Shown: one piece after another, positions 38,696 through 49,878 of the stretch | Numbering within the stretch: position 1 is the first letter of the stretch | Layout of the letters: each line of letters starts with the position of its first letter | DNA from: Patescibacteria group bacterium | GTDB taxonomy: Bacteria; Patescibacteriota; Minisyncoccia; Phycocordibacterales; EsbW-18 | Direction: 5' to 3' | DNA length: 64,000 bases | Assembly: GCA_038064475.1 (NCBI GenBank) | Contig: JBBTTA010000002.1 | Span: 83,195 to 147,194, forward strand | Translations under genes and position numbers: made by a program | Notes under the pieces: generated by a model | What the model was told of the DNA's origin: nothing | What the model saw: the letters and a program-made list of their open reading frames with translations, nothing else | Database searches by the model: none

Positions 38696-39760
38696 TTACA
38701 GCAAACGCTCCAGAAGCGTTGGGTTAAGTGAATGCATGCGCGCTGTCTCAACGGTGATGTCTCCTTTCTGCACCAACTCTGCAAGCGATCGGTTCATGTC
38801 GACCATGCCATGATCTGATCCTGTTTCAATCACACTATCAATTTCGTGTGTGCGCCCTTCACGAATGAGGTTCGCAACCGCCTTTGTGTTGATGAGCAAT
38901 TCATACGCTGGCACCAATCCCCCTGACACACGCTGTACCAAACGCTGTGAAAAGATACCGAGAAGTGAGCTTGAGAGCTGAATACGCACCTGATCTTGTT
39001 GTGCTGGTGGGAATGAGTCGATGATACGGTCAATCGTCTGTGCCGCGCTGTTTGTGTGCAAGGTGGAAAGCACCAAGTGTCCTGTTTCAGCCGCAGTCAC
39101 CGCCGTACCAATCGTTTCTTGTCCACGCATCTCACCAATCATGGCAACATCCACGTCCTGACGGAACAATTCAACGAGTGCAGTATGAAAATCTTTTGTG
39201 TCGATACGAACTTCGCGCTGGTTAATCATCGATTTCTTTGGTTCAAACATGTATTCGATTGGGTCTTCAATCGTTACGATGTGATCTGATCGCTCTGAGT
39301 TGATGATATCAATCATCGCTGCAAGTGTTGTTGATTTTCCGTGTCCCACCGGACCCACCACCAAGAAGAACCCCTGTTGGCGACGCGCAAAATCTCCCAA
39401 GACTGTTGGCAAACCAAGCTCTTCAAGCGTACGAATACGCTTTGGCACGAGACGCATCACAATTGATATTGAACCTCGAGACACCGAGCAGTTACCACGA
39501 AAACGTGCCTCATTGTTTTGATAGCTGTATGAAAAGTCAATCTCTTTTTCTTGAAGAAAGAGTTCTTTGTTCTCTTTCGTTAAGAGAACTTCCATAAATC
39601 CTTCCGTGTCTTCTGCAGTGAGCACTTCTTTCTTCACCAAAGGGATGAGCATACCGGATACGCGGACCGTTGGCGGATACCCCGCAGAGAGATGGAGGTC
39701 TGATGCTCCCTCTTTTATCGTAATCTCGATAAGTTCAGTAATTTCTTTCGTGTAATCCAT
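38696..39760 (-). CDS. pilT: Type IV pilus retraction ATPase PilT
   Basis: Walker A GPVGHGKST. PilT-type Asp box and His box. Confidence 0.85.
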   Translation of the reverse strand: MDYTKEITELIEITIKEGASDLHLSAGYPPTVRVSGMLIPLVKKEVLTAEDTEGFMEVLLTKENKELFLQEKEIDFSYSYQNNEARFRGNCSVSRGSISIVMRLVPKRIRTLEELGLPTVLGDFARRQQGFFLVVGPVGHGKSTTLAAMIDIINSERSDHIVTIEDPIEYMFEPKKSMINQREVRIDTKDFHTALVELFRQDVDVAMIGEMRGQETIGTAVTAAETGHLVLSTLHTNSAAQTIDRIIDSFPPAQQDQVRIQLSSSLLGIFSQRLVQRVSGGLVPAYELLINTKAVANLIREGRTHEIDSVIETGSDHGMVDMNRSLAELVQKGDITVETARMHSLNPTLLERLL

Positions 39761-39879
39761 AGATTTTGGTTTAAAGGTTTGGAAGTTTTTGGTTTAGAAG
39801 TTGGTATGTTTTTGTAATTATATTCGTGTCATTCGTCCGCCAGTTGGCGGAGCATTCGTGTATTGGTGTCGCGCTTCTA

Positions 39880-41685
39880 TTATTCTATCACAACCTCTTC
39901 AGCAGGTTTTGCAGGTGGAACAACTGCCGCCTCCTCTTCTTCAACACTGTCGTACACACCACCCAAGGTATTCACCTCTTCAAACGGCACAATGCCCTGC
40001 ATGCTCTTAATGATCGCATCTTCTTTCATCGTGAAGAGACCATTCTTTCGCGCAACAGCCATGAGTTTTGGTTCTGTCGGATTCGTCAAAATAATTTGTT
40101 CAATTTCTTTATTCATTTCAAGTACTTCAAACACAGCCATACGCCCCGCCACGCCCTTTGGACATTTTTCTGTTGTCTGCACGCCGTAGAATGATTTTGA
40201 TTTTGGAATTTCTTCGCGATAGTGTTTTGGAATATCGGCAAACTGTTTATCGAGCATTACCTTCAAAGAATCGTCGATTGGAATTTCTTTTCCACCTTCA
40301 GGACATAGTTTTTTCACCAAACGCTGGGCCATCGTAAGCACGAGTGTTGGCGCGATAAGGAACGGATCGACGCCCATGTCGATCAAACGCGGAATAACAC
40401 CAATCGCATTGTTCGTGTGAATCGTTGAGAACACCAAGTGACCGGTAAGCGCCGCCTGAATCGCAAGCTGTGCTGTTTCTTTATCGCGAATCTCACCCAC
40501 CATGATGATGTCAGGGTCCTGACGAAGTGTCGTGCGTAGTCCCGATGCAAACGTGTATCCGATTTCAGGACGCACTTGCGACTGGTTCATACCACTGATG
40601 TTGTATTCCACTGGGTCCTCAAGTGACAAAACGTTTTGGCTTTCGCGATCAACTTCTTGAAGCATTGAATACAGTGTCGTCGTCTTACCAGAACCTGTCG
40701 GACCTGAAATCAAAATCATTCCGTACGGACGTTTGATGGCATCGCGTACCAATTTAAGATTACGTTCTGAAAATCCAATCTGATCGAGCGGCAACACGCC
40801 TTTCTCTTGGTCGAGAATACGGAGCACAATCTTTTCACCGTAGTACGCAGGAAACGTCGACACACGGAAGTCGATTTTGCGGCCGCTGATATGCGCAGAA
40901 AAACGGTTGTCTTGCGGTTTACGTTTTTCATCAAGCTTCATGTTACAGAGAATCTTGATACGAGCGACAATTGCCTGATGCACTTTCATCGGCAATAACA
41001 AGTTTGTCGCCATAATACCGTCAACACGAAAACGTACTTTCAAATTTTCTGGTGTTGGCTCAATGTGAATGTCGGACGCATTACCATCAATTGCATGCTT
41101 CAAAATGGTTGCAACGATTTTCGTAACCGGCGCGTCTTCAACGAGTTCTGTTGCATCATCGTCTTTTGTGCGACCTGCGTCATCAAGACGCTTTGATAGT
41201 TCACGTTCTTCGACCGTCAATTCTGATTCAAGATCAGTCAAAGCCTTCGTCACCTCTCCTGAAAGACCTTGATAGTTTTTTATGACGTCTTCGTAATCAC
41301 TCTCTGTAATAAGAAAAAGTTTGAACGGAATACCGGTCTTTGACGAAATAAACTGCACCGCATCACGTGCTTCGATGTTGTCAGGATCAACCACACCAAC
41401 TTCAAGCACCCCATCAGTAAATGCGAGTGGCACCACTTTATAGTGTCGTGCAGACTCTTCTGGAATATTCGTGAGCACATCAAACGACATCTCGCGCGCA
41501 TTCACGGCGCGTGTTGGCAGACCGTAATAGACACCTTTCGCAGCCAAAATGTCCGTTGGACCCACATCACGTGACAAAAGCACTTCTTCAATGCTTCGTC
41601 CGGAAGTTTGTGCTTCAGTTTCGATTTCTGAAACAACGGCTTCCTGAATCACCCCTTTTTGTACGAGTTCAGAAAGAAAGGACAT
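39880..41685 (-). CDS. pilB: Type IV pilus assembly ATPase PilB (GspE family)
   Basis: 601 aa. N-terminal GSPII domain. Walker A GPTGSGKTT. Tetracysteine motif. Confidence 0.85.
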   Translation of the reverse strand: MSFLSELVQKGVIQEAVVSEIETEAQTSGRSIEEVLLSRDVGPTDILAAKGVYYGLPTRAVNAREMSFDVLTNIPEESARHYKVVPLAFTDGVLEVGVVDPDNIEARDAVQFISSKTGIPFKLFLITESDYEDVIKNYQGLSGEVTKALTDLESELTVEERELSKRLDDAGRTKDDDATELVEDAPVTKIVATILKHAIDGNASDIHIEPTPENLKVRFRVDGIMATNLLLPMKVHQAIVARIKILCNMKLDEKRKPQDNRFSAHISGRKIDFRVSTFPAYYGEKIVLRILDQEKGVLPLDQIGFSERNLKLVRDAIKRPYGMILISGPTGSGKTTTLYSMLQEVDRESQNVLSLEDPVEYNISGMNQSQVRPEIGYTFASGLRTTLRQDPDIIMVGEIRDKETAQLAIQAALTGHLVFSTIHTNNAIGVIPRLIDMGVDPFLIAPTLVLTMAQRLVKKLCPEGGKEIPIDDSLKVMLDKQFADIPKHYREEIPKSKSFYGVQTTEKCPKGVAGRMAVFEVLEMNKEIEQIILTNPTEPKLMAVARKNGLFTMKEDAIIKSMQGIVPFEEVNTLGGVYDSVEEEEAAVVPPAKPAEEVVIE

Positions 41686-41703
41686 ATGTGTTTGTCGTCG
41701 ACA

Positions 41704-42075
41704 CTACTCCTCGTTTGTCGGCACTGTTGTTGTTCCCACAGCGGCACCAACACCAATCGGCGCAAATGGGTTTGGACGACCAACAGGTTCAGCAGTCAAC
41801 GTAACACTAAAGTCTTCGAGTGTAAGGAATGTTGTGTCTTGAAGAATGCTTGTATCAAGGTTAATTGTTCTCAATTCCTCAAGAATAGCGAGAAGATCCC
41901 CCCCCTCTTCAGCAGGAATATCGTATACAGATTCTGATGTAAGACCTTCGGGAAGTTCGTTGCCTGAAAAGAGCGCATAGCCAACAAATCCAACCGCAAC
42001 AATGCCCGCAAGGATGAGAAGTTTTTTATATTTTTGTATAAAATTTGTTGGCATAGTGTAGATTATTTCATCCAA
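41704..42075 (-). CDS. Hypothetical single-TM protein within the pil operon (PilP-like position)
   Basis: 123 aa, N-terminal TM. Confidence 0.4.
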   Translation of the reverse strand: MDEIIYTMPTNFIQKYKKLLILAGIVAVGFVGYALFSGNELPEGLTSESVYDIPAEEGGDLLAILEELRTINLDTSILQDTTFLTLEDFSVTLTAEPVGRPNPFAPIGVGAAVGTTTVPTNEE

Positions 42076-42620
42076 TACGTGTCAAATGATATACCGTACT
42101 CTGTAAGGCCTGTTCCCGCACTTGCTTGACCAAATGAGACCGTGCGAAGGTCAACAAGACGAAGGTTGCGTTCAAGATCTGCAATAAATTCAAGAAAACC
42201 CTGATATGTCGTGTTTACACCAAAGGCAACCGGCACCGTGCCGTATGAGGAACTTACAGGACCAAGCCGTCCTGGGACATCGTTTATAGGACTACCACTT
42301 CCTACCTCTCCTACTCCAATATCAAGAAGTGTTAGTTTGTGACGCGCCGCAATAGCGTTGATTTCGATAATCAAACGAACAGAGTCAACGGAATTTGGAA
42401 TAACTCGGTTAATCTTTTCAAGATCGTCCGTCGGAATCGCATTGTATTTTGAAAGCAATGCATCACGAAGCGCAATGAGCTCTTTTGATTTTTCGAGCGC
42501 TTGGTCATATTTATTTTCTTCGGCACCAAGTACTTTCAAGATAATAAACTTTCCGTTTGTATATGAGAAAAAGAGAATGATGGCAACCACTATGAGGATG
42601 AGGCTAATGACGTTCTTCAT
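42063..42620 (-). CDS. pilO: PilO-like pilus assembly protein
   Basis: N-terminal TM plus coiled coil. Operon position. Confidence 0.5.
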   Translation of the reverse strand: MKNVISLILIVVAIILFFSYTNGKFIILKVLGAEENKYDQALEKSKELIALRDALLSKYNAIPTDDLEKINRVIPNSVDSVRLIIEINAIAARHKLTLLDIGVGEVGSGSPINDVPGRLGPVSSSYGTVPVAFGVNTTYQGFLEFIADLERNLRLVDLRTVSFGQASAGTGLTEYGISFDTYWMK

Positions 42621-42622
42621 AT

Positions 42623-43291
42623 TTATAGAGTTTCGGGAACCTTTTCAACAGGTTCTTCTTCGTTTTCCGCACCAGCAACTTCTGACGGAATGGTTATCAC
42701 TGCAGTTCCTGCGTCTTTCAAACGACCTTCATATGATACGACTGATGGATCAATGAGCGCGGTGACACTAAATTCAACATCACCACGATCATCAAGAGAG
42801 AAGCCTGAAAAGACTGGCTCTCGAATGAAGCGATTCTTCCCAAATTCATCCGACTGCAATGCCACTGATGCAAATGAACGTGCAAGACCCGACATGGTGA
42901 TACGCACACCCAAAGGTTCGAGAGCGTATCCAAAGTCAGTGAACTGCACCGTCTCAAGTGTTACACCTTGCAAGAGCTCAAAAATACCAGTCACCGCTAT
43001 ATGCGTAGAAAGGAGCTCTTCTGCTGTCCTCAGTTTTGTGTCGAGACGTGAAAGTTCACGAATAAGCTCAGGTTCAAATGCCGCACGTGCCTTCTGAAGC
43101 TCTTCCTTCTTTCGCACAATAGAACTTTCAAGGAATTTTTGATAGCCAAATACCCCCGCTGCCGCAGCAACAGAGAGTATGAAGAGAAGCATCGAAATGA
43201 TGAAAAAGAGACTGGTGACGCGCGCCGGTTTTACTGGACCAACATCGAAGCTTTTCTTCGGAATGAATGATGTCTGAAATTGTTCCGCCAT
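42623..43291 (-). CDS. pilN: PilN-like pilus assembly protein
   Basis: N-terminal TM plus coiled coil. Operon position after pilM. Confidence 0.5.
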   Translation of the reverse strand: MAEQFQTSFIPKKSFDVGPVKPARVTSLFFIISMLLFILSVAAAAGVFGYQKFLESSIVRKKEELQKARAAFEPELIRELSRLDTKLRTAEELLSTHIAVTGIFELLQGVTLETVQFTDFGYALEPLGVRITMSGLARSFASVALQSDEFGKNRFIREPVFSGFSLDDRGDVEFSVTALIDPSVVSYEGRLKDAGTAVITIPSEVAGAENEEEPVEKVPETL

Positions 43292-43354
43292 GATTTCTAC
43301 ACCTTAGTATATGATACCCACGCGTCTGCGCAACAAACATCTCCACACTTTTGC

Positions 43355-44476
43355 CTATGCATTTTCTTCAAGCTTGCGGAGTGCCACACCGATTGCCACA
43401 TCGAACTCTGGACCCACTTCATGCAGGATATCTGCAAGAAACGCTGGTGTTTCAACCTTTCTGAAGGGGTCTGCGACAACCACGTCCGTTTGCAAAATCC
43501 CTTTCACGCGCTCTGCAATACCGGGAAGCAAAATTCCTCCGCCCGTCAGAACTACTTTTGCAACATTGCGAGAATGTTTTTTCTGATAGTTAAGCATCAC
43601 ACGCTGTGCCTCGGTAATGAGCGAGTCGAGGACGAGTGAGACAATTTCTGCAACATCGGTGTCCTTTCCCTGCTTCACCACACCATATGTTTTTTTGAGT
43701 TCTTCCGCACGTTCAGGTGTCACCCCAAGCGCTTTTGAAACAGCAATTGTAATTTCTTGTGAGCCACGACTAATGACGTGTGATTCACGCAACACTTTTC
43801 GGTCGATAATGTAAATTTTTGTCGTCCCCGCACCCATACCAATAATCATCGTTGGTGCAAGATCTTCTTCGAGCGCGACACGAATCGTACTGAACACTTC
43901 AATTTCAAAAAAACTTGGATTAAGTTTTGCCGCACGAATCACTTCGTTATATCGATTAATCGTTTCTCTGTGAATCGCAACGGTGAGTATTTCTACTTTC
44001 TTTCCGGGAGTCCCTGTTACACCTTCGGGTGGAGTATCCGATTCAACTTTTGGAACAATACGCCAATCGAGCATCACTTCGTTAATGCTTACTGGAATAT
44101 ATTTGCGCACTTCTAAAGGCACCATTTCTTTGAGACGCGCCTCACCAATATCAGGCATTTCAATCACATTGATCAAACTCGACGCAAGAGGAATTGCAAC
44201 GCCACATTCCATCGTGGTGACTTTTGCTTCGCGCACAAGATCAGCAACCGCTTCGGCAAGTTTCGTTGTTGAAAGTGCTGTCGCCTTCCCTGCTTCAACA
44301 CCTGCATAGGGACCAAGCGCAAGTTCTCCGTAGGTTTCCAAAACCGCACGGCCATGACGGCGCGATAGTTGCACAACCTTTATCGTTGATGAGCTGATAT
44401 CAACGCCCAAAACGCTCTTGGCTTTAGCCTGTGCAAGACTACCAGTGAGTTTTCTAAGTGCGTCACCAAAAGACAT
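43355..44476 (-). CDS. pilM: Type IV pilus assembly protein PilM (actin-like ATPase)
   Basis: 373 aa. LGVDISSSTIKVVQL...; FtsA/PilM-type fold motifs. Confidence 0.8.
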   Translation of the reverse strand: MSFGDALRKLTGSLAQAKAKSVLGVDISSSTIKVVQLSRRHGRAVLETYGELALGPYAGVEAGKATALSTTKLAEAVADLVREAKVTTMECGVAIPLASSLINVIEMPDIGEARLKEMVPLEVRKYIPVSINEVMLDWRIVPKVESDTPPEGVTGTPGKKVEILTVAIHRETINRYNEVIRAAKLNPSFFEIEVFSTIRVALEEDLAPTMIIGMGAGTTKIYIIDRKVLRESHVISRGSQEITIAVSKALGVTPERAEELKKTYGVVKQGKDTDVAEIVSLVLDSLITEAQRVMLNYQKKHSRNVAKVVLTGGGILLPGIAERVKGILQTDVVVADPFRKVETPAFLADILHEVGPEFDVAIGVALRKLEENA

Positions 44477-44521
44477 ACATTTGAAAGAAATTTGATGCCC
44501 TTAGTATAGCGTGAAATCACT

Positions 44522-45199
44522 ATGGAATGGAAACACCTATGCGCATATGTTTTTCGGCTTGTGTGTGACATGGTTTTTCCACTTCCACCATCACGACGTT
44601 ACCTTGAAACACTGTCCGCCGATACGTTGTGCCTGCGCGCGAAGCGCGCTTCAAACGATACCGTGCTTAAAAAGCTCTCTGCCGAAGCACTTTTCGCCTA
44701 TCGAGACCCCCTTGTTCGCGATTGTATTCATGCGCTGAAATTTGATCGCATGAAAAGACTCGGATTTGTCTTTGCAGATGCTTTATACGACACCTTTCAT
44801 GAAGATATGGTGTATGAACATCTTCTTTCACCCGTGAGCACACTTCTCGTCATTCCGATTCCTCTTTCGCGCGAACGCTTACGCGAGCGAGGATTTAATC
44901 AGTCACTTCTCATTGCTGAACATTTTGTTAAGCGTTTTTCTGATACAGCAGTTGTGTGTGCTCCGCATGTACTTGTACGAACTCGACATACAGAAAAGCA
45001 AGCGCTCCGCCTTGGAAAGGCGGAGCGTGAAGCAAACGTTCGTAATTGTTTCAAAGTTGCTTACCCTGAACATACTTCAGGAAAACGAATACTCCTTATT
45101 GATGACGTCATCACGACAGGCGCCACAATGCGAGAAGCGCGTCGTGTACTCCTTGAAGCTGGAGCGTTTTCTGTGAACTGTGTCGCCATAGCGCACTAA
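44522..45199 (+). CDS. comFC: ComF-family protein (phosphoribosyltransferase domain), competence
   Basis: N-terminal Cys cluster. C-terminal PRTase motif ILLIDDVITTGATM. Confidence 0.75.
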   Translation: MEWKHLCAYVFRLVCDMVFPLPPSRRYLETLSADTLCLRAKRASNDTVLKKLSAEALFAYRDPLVRDCIHALKFDRMKRLGFVFADALYDTFHEDMVYEHLLSPVSTLLVIPIPLSRERLRERGFNQSLLIAEHFVKRFSDTAVVCAPHVLVRTRHTEKQALRLGKAEREANVRNCFKVAYPEHTSGKRILLIDDVITTGATMREARRVLLEAGAFSVNCVAIAH

Positions 45200-45205
45200 T
45201 ATTCC

Positions 45206-46459
45206 TTGCGATATAGTAGAGTCATGACTGAAGACCGAAAACTCCTCGAATCGCTCTTGTGGCGTGGCTGTCGTGATGCTGTCATTAAGGAAGACATTCA
45301 AAAACAACTTGCGTCAGGAAAGAAACTTCGCATAAAGCTTGGGATTGATCCAACGGGAAGCCGCATTCACATCGGACATGCAGCCGTTATCCGCAAACTC
45401 GCACACTTTCAAAAACTTGGACATAAGGTCGTATTGATTGTTGGTGACTTTACTGCACAGATTGGTGATCCGTCGGATAAAAAAGCTGAGCGCCCACCAC
45501 TGACACATGCTGACGTGAAGAAAAACATGCGAACGTACAAGAAACAGCTCTCTCGCCTTCTCAATACATGGAAAGCAGAGGTTCGCTACAACAACAACTG
45601 GCTTGGTAAAATGAAATTCGCCGACGTTATCGAATTGATTCAACCTTTTTCTGTAGCTCAGATGATGGAGCGTGACAACTTTGCGCTTCGACATAAAGAA
45701 GGCAAACGCGTAGGTCTCCATGAACTTCTCTACCCCATCATGCAGGGTTACGATTCAGTTGCAGTAAAAAGTGACATAGAAATTGGTGGCACTGATCAAC
45801 TTTTTAATCTCCTTACCGGACGTGTTGTACAGCTTTGGCATAAACAAAACAAGAAGTACCCAGGCCCAATTCAAGACGTGATTACATATAATCTTCTCAT
45901 TGGTCCCGATGGCCGCAAGATGAGCAAATCATGGGGCAATTGTATTTGGATTGATGACGAGCCAAACGAAATGTACGGCAAACTCATGTCAGTCAACGAT
46001 GAGCTCATTGGAGACTATTTCACGCTCTGTACTGATGTGAGTGATGAAGAACTTGCTCGTGCAAAAGAAGAACTTGCTCAAGGGAAAAACCCCCGTGATC
46101 TCAAAGCACGCATGGCATTTGAAGTAACAAAGGTTTTCCACGATGCTGATAAGGCAAAGGCTGCCGCTGACGCCTTCGACAAACAATTCAAGAAAAAAGA
46201 AATACCAGAGAAAATTGAAGAGTTTGTTTTTGAAACACCACCAAAAAACATAGCCGAGGCACTATATGTCTCAGGTGTTTCTGAAAGTATGTCAGCAGGT
46301 TATCGGTTGGTTGAGCAAGGTGGTGTTCGTATCAACCAAAAAAAAGTACTTGACGTTGCGCAAGAAATTGAATCAGGCGACACCCTTCAAGCTGGCCCAC
46401 GCAGATTCAAAAAAATCATTATTCGAGGACGAATACAAAAGAAAGAAGATGGCAGATAG
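45206..46459 (+). CDS. tyrS: Tyrosyl-tRNA synthetase
   Basis: HIGH-type motif (RIHIGHAAV) and KMSKS. C-terminal S4-like domain. Confidence 0.9.
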   Translation: MRYSRVMTEDRKLLESLLWRGCRDAVIKEDIQKQLASGKKLRIKLGIDPTGSRIHIGHAAVIRKLAHFQKLGHKVVLIVGDFTAQIGDPSDKKAERPPLTHADVKKNMRTYKKQLSRLLNTWKAEVRYNNNWLGKMKFADVIELIQPFSVAQMMERDNFALRHKEGKRVGLHELLYPIMQGYDSVAVKSDIEIGGTDQLFNLLTGRVVQLWHKQNKKYPGPIQDVITYNLLIGPDGRKMSKSWGNCIWIDDEPNEMYGKLMSVNDELIGDYFTLCTDVSDEELARAKEELAQGKNPRDLKARMAFEVTKVFHDADKAKAAADAFDKQFKKKEIPEKIEEFVFETPPKNIAEALYVSGVSESMSAGYRLVEQGGVRINQKKVLDVAQEIESGDTLQAGPRRFKKIIIRGRIQKKEDGR

Positions 46460-46483
46460 AATATAGCAAAAGAGAACACCGGC

Positions 46484-46517
46484 ATTCGATATATCGAATG
46501 CCGGTGTTCTTGCTTCT
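46484..46517. terminator. Terminator hairpin aacaccggcattcgatatatcgaatgccggtgtt; a second palindrome follows at 46548-46590
   Basis: Perfect inverted repeats after tyrS. Followed by ttgattcgtgacc (46586-46598) and cagaaaa-type heptamer repeats. Confidence 0.6.
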
Positions 46518-46668
46518 TGAGGTGTGTATAAAAAAATCCCCTCCCGACACATTCTATCGTTCTATAGAACGATAGAATGTGTCGGTATTCTTGATTCGTG
46601 ACCTGCCTGACGAACAGGTGGGTCCTTACTTCTGTTTTCTATTTTCTGTTTTCTGTTCTCTCAATTTC

Positions 46669-47085
46669 CTACCACAAAGCTAAAATGATTGATGACACAA
46701 GAACAGCCGATGTCATATATCCAAACTCAATGTAGTAAAGTTTCCATGGACGACGGTGCCACAATACTGTTCCAACACTTGAAAACAACACAAATCCAAG
46801 TGATACAAACACCGTCAATCGAATTGCGTCGATGACAGAGTACACATCGGCGAGCATAACAGCATACGCAAGAACGTATGCCATAAAAAAGAGCGACACA
46901 AAATAAATCGCCATCGTTTTTCTCATTTTTGGCTTTCCTTCTGCCATGTACTGCTGATGCATTTCTTCAGTGTAGCCAGCAAGTGCGCGCCATTTTTGGC
47001 CGAACATTTTATTGCTATACCACAACCAACCGAGTCCGAACGAAACGAGTGCCGATAGAATGACTGCCCAAATATTTATTAACAT
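46669..47085 (-). CDS. Small multi-TM membrane protein
   Basis: 138 aa, 4 TM. Confidence 0.45.
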   Translation of the reverse strand: MLINIWAVILSALVSFGLGWLWYSNKMFGQKWRALAGYTEEMHQQYMAEGKPKMRKTMAIYFVSLFFMAYVLAYAVMLADVYSVIDAIRLTVFVSLGFVLFSSVGTVLWHRRPWKLYYIEFGYMTSAVLVSSIILALW

Positions 47086-47108
47086 ATAGTTTTTAGGCTA
47101 CTAATAAT

Positions 47109-47534
47109 TTATTTTGTATCGAGGTCTAAGCAGACGGAGTTAATGCAGTACCGCTTCTTTGCTATTTGCCCGTCTTGCCGGACCACCTGCCTGCCGGCAG
47201 GCAGGTCATCAAACACATGCCCCAAATGACTACCACATTTTGTACAGCGTACTTCCGTGCGATGCATCCCATGTGATACATCTTCTTCAAGCGTCACCGC
47301 ACCTGGAAGTGCATTGTCAAAACTTGGCCATCCTGTTCCAGAATCAAACTTCGTGTCTGACGAGAACAACTGCGCGCCGCAGGCCTTGCACGCGTACATT
47401 CCTTTATCTTTTGTGTGCACATACTGACCTGAAAACGGCGCCTCTGTGCCCCCATGTCGCAATACTGTAAACTCCTCCGGCGTTAGTTTCTTTTGTAGCT
47501 TCTCGTCAAACTCCTGGTCTGATTTTGTATGCAT
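47109..47534 (-). CDS. msrB: Peptide-methionine (R)-S-oxide reductase
   Basis: CxxC...CxxC zinc site. GWPSF and [19 protein letters not shown]. Confidence 0.9.
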   Translation of the reverse strand: MHTKSDQEFDEKLQKKLTPEEFTVLRHGGTEAPFSGQYVHTKDKGMYACKACGAQLFSSDTKFDSGTGWPSFDNALPGAVTLEEDVSHGMHRTEVRCTKCGSHLGHVFDDLPAGRQVVRQDGQIAKKRYCINSVCLDLDTK

Positions 47535-47536
47535 GA

Positions 47537-48127
47537 TTAGTAGTTGAACTCACTGAATGTGATGTTTGTAGGAACGACAAACACTGACGCGTCTGCGTCC
47601 CACGAATCACAATCATACTCAAAATCTGCCAATACATCTCCTGTTGCAACGTCTGGTGTGCCACCTTGTGCTTCCACTTCTGCACGCGCATTTGCTGCTG
47701 TCGTTTGTGCTTCAGCAACACTTATTTTTGATCCGAATGGCACCATGTCTGTCCACGAGTACACATACGTACCATCACTAATCATGTGCGCCGTGTACGC
47801 AACACCACTCGCACTTCCCGATACTGTGCTTGAGAACTTTCCATCTGATGTGTAAATCGTTCCTTCTCCTGTGTAATTGTCTGCCTCAACTTCCCATGTA
47901 CATACACGGTCTCCGCCGCGTCCTGCGAGGTCAAAAACATTTCCTGAAAATTGTGAGTCACCACCTGCATTGTCTGAATCATCCGATGAATCACTTGTGT
48001 CACTACCCTTTCGTGCCGCAACTCCCCATGCAATACCTCCGATGAGAAGTACCGCAACAATACCCATAATGATTTTTGATGAGCCTGTTGCGGCTGTTGT
48101 TTCTGTTGTTACTGGATCCATACACAA
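47537..48127 (-). CDS. Hypothetical membrane-anchored protein
   Basis: N-terminal TM. Asp/Ser-rich linker. Confidence 0.4.
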   Translation of the reverse strand: MCMDPVTTETTAATGSSKIIMGIVAVLLIGGIAWGVAARKGSDTSDSSDDSDNAGGDSQFSGNVFDLAGRGGDRVCTWEVEADNYTGEGTIYTSDGKFSSTVSGSASGVAYTAHMISDGTYVYSWTDMVPFGSKISVAEAQTTAANARAEVEAQGGTPDVATGDVLADFEYDCDSWDADASVFVVPTNITFSEFNY

Positions 48128-48477
48128 AAAATACCCTTACTTATAAACTAATAAAAAGTATAGCATTTGGCTTTTATGCCACAGACAAAGAGTGACTATT
48201 CGGTGGATTCCAAAAAATATCTTGGCGGAGACGGTGGGATTCGGTCACGAGTTACTAAGTCGCTTCGCTCCTAAGTACTCTCGACCCCGCCTCGGCTTCG
48301 CCTGCGGCCTTCGAATCCCCTCGTCAATATCCATTAGACGCTCCACGTCGGAGTGCCACAAGGCACTCCTCGTGAATCGTTGCGGTGTAGTCGGGTTAAG
48401 TACCCAGTGGTGCAAACCCCGTAAGGGTATTCTAGCACCTTTGGCTCGGGTGGATTGAGGTACTTGGGTCGCTGTCT

Positions 48478-48801
48478 TTATTCCCAAACTTCCAAAGGAT
48501 AAAGGTCGTAGCCTATTTCCTCATACGGGTGCATCTGTTTTATTGCGGCAATTACGTTTCCTACAACTCGTGAGTTTAAGGTGACTTCAATTCGTTCTTC
48601 CTCAACTGAAGTATGTATCCCAACCTCACCAATGTGAGGATTTGCACCTTGTTCTGATTTAAACCGTCCTACTCCCTTTAAACTAAAACTGCAGTGTGAA
48701 TAGTTTCCTATCCTTCCTCCCCCAGCTCCGCCAATGGCAGCTCGAATCTGATCTGCATTCTCTGTAGGAACATACACAACTAATTTATAAAACTTTGGCA
48801 T
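48478..48801 (-). CDS. Small hypothetical protein (PII/CutA-like fold suspected; ...HPYEE motif)
   Basis: 107 aa; family not firmly recognised. Confidence 0.45.
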   Translation of the reverse strand: MPKFYKLVVYVPTENADQIRAAIGGAGGGRIGNYSHCSFSLKGVGRFKSEQGANPHIGEVGIHTSVEEERIEVTLNSRVVGNVIAAIKQMHPYEEIGYDLYPLEVWE

Positions 48802-48960
48802 ACTTTAGTCACTGATTAAGGCATTCAGAATGAATAATTGGTGTTGTTTTCTCTGTACAAAACCTAGTATACAACATACAAAAATGGTGACCCCCGTCAG
48901 GAGCCACCAAATGTCTTCAAACAGAGAAGCATAAACCCTTGTACTCTTTGATGCCCACCA

Positions 48961-49878
48961 CTACGCACCCGTGACCGAATAAATGCCACCTCTCTTAGCC
49001 ATGCCGAGGCCAATACGGACGAGGTCATCCTCGGAAAAGAGAGAACTAAGAGCGTCCTCCACCGACGCCTCGATGAGTGAGCTGCCAACCAGGTTCTGGC
49101 CGGCACGCTTGTCTCGGAAAGACCCATCCGGTCCGATCACGAGATATGACTCGTGGAGATCTTCCTCGGTCTCGGGAGCGAGAACAGTCTCTTTGCAACC
49201 CGAGAGACCTTGGCGGACACGATCGACGTACGCGTCAAACTGTTGACGGGATATTGCTAACCCGTCGTACGTTCCCTCATTCTCGCCCTCCACCCGAGTT
49301 ACCTGAAAAATCTTGACCCGATTTGGATGGATGAGCAGCAACCCGGGCGTGGGATCCTCGTGTGCGTTTTGGGACGTAACCACCATGTTCAACTTGACAT
49401 AAATCTTGTGTCCGAAAGATTTGGCTATCTCTCGGATCATGGCGATGCGGTCCACAACCATCTGCGGAACATCTGGATCATTGTCACGCCCGAGGTCGTG
49501 CTGAACCTTCCGATCGAAGCTATCAAGCGATATCGCGATGATGTTCAACCACCGCAGATACTGCGCGCACCATTCTCGAGTGATCAGCTTCCCATTTGTT
49601 ACAAGCGAAGTGATGAGTCCCGCCTCAGACGTCGCCTCAATCAGACTACCAAGCCCTTGAAACAATAAGGGCTCCCCACCTGCGAAGTTGATTTTTCCTA
49701 CTCCGGCGACGGTGAGTTTTTGGATGATTAACTTCCATGCAGTGATGGGGAGGTCTTTAATTTCCCTGTAAACCGCGAAACAATACCCGCAGTGGAAATT
49801 ACAGTGTCTGGTGATATGGAGATTCACGGTCAGGCCCTGTAACGTTGAAATTCTACCAATGCTCTTTTGACCCTCCAT
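48961..49878 (-). CDS. Viperin-like radical SAM enzyme (prokaryotic viperin, pVip candidate)
   Basis: CNFHCGYCF radical-SAM triad. Blocks LHITRHCNFHCGYCF, KINFAGGEPLL, LNIIAISLDSFD, HPNRVKIFQVTRVEGEN, SYLVIGPDGSF and MAKRGGIY align with RSAD2/viperin sequence recalled from memory. Confidence 0.75.
   Translation of the reverse strand: MEGQKSIGRISTLQGLTVNLHITRHCNFHCGYCFAVYREIKDLPITAWKLIIQKLTVAGVGKINFAGGEPLLFQGLGSLIEATSEAGLITSLVTNGKLITREWCAQYLRWLNIIAISLDSFDRKVQHDLGRDNDPDVPQMVVDRIAMIREIAKSFGHKIYVKLNMVVTSQNAHEDPTPGLLLIHPNRVKIFQVTRVEGENEGTYDGLAISRQQFDAYVDRVRQGLSGCKETVLAPETEEDLHESYLVIGPDGSFRDKRAGQNLVGSSLIEASVEDALSSLFSEDDLVRIGLGMAKRGGIYSVTGA

Noticed and set aside
48192-48487. ORFs 48192..48458(+) and 48245..48487(-) at the island edge
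   Set aside because: They overlap the att-like duplicate and non-coding element end. No start signals. Treated as the non-coding terminus of the island.
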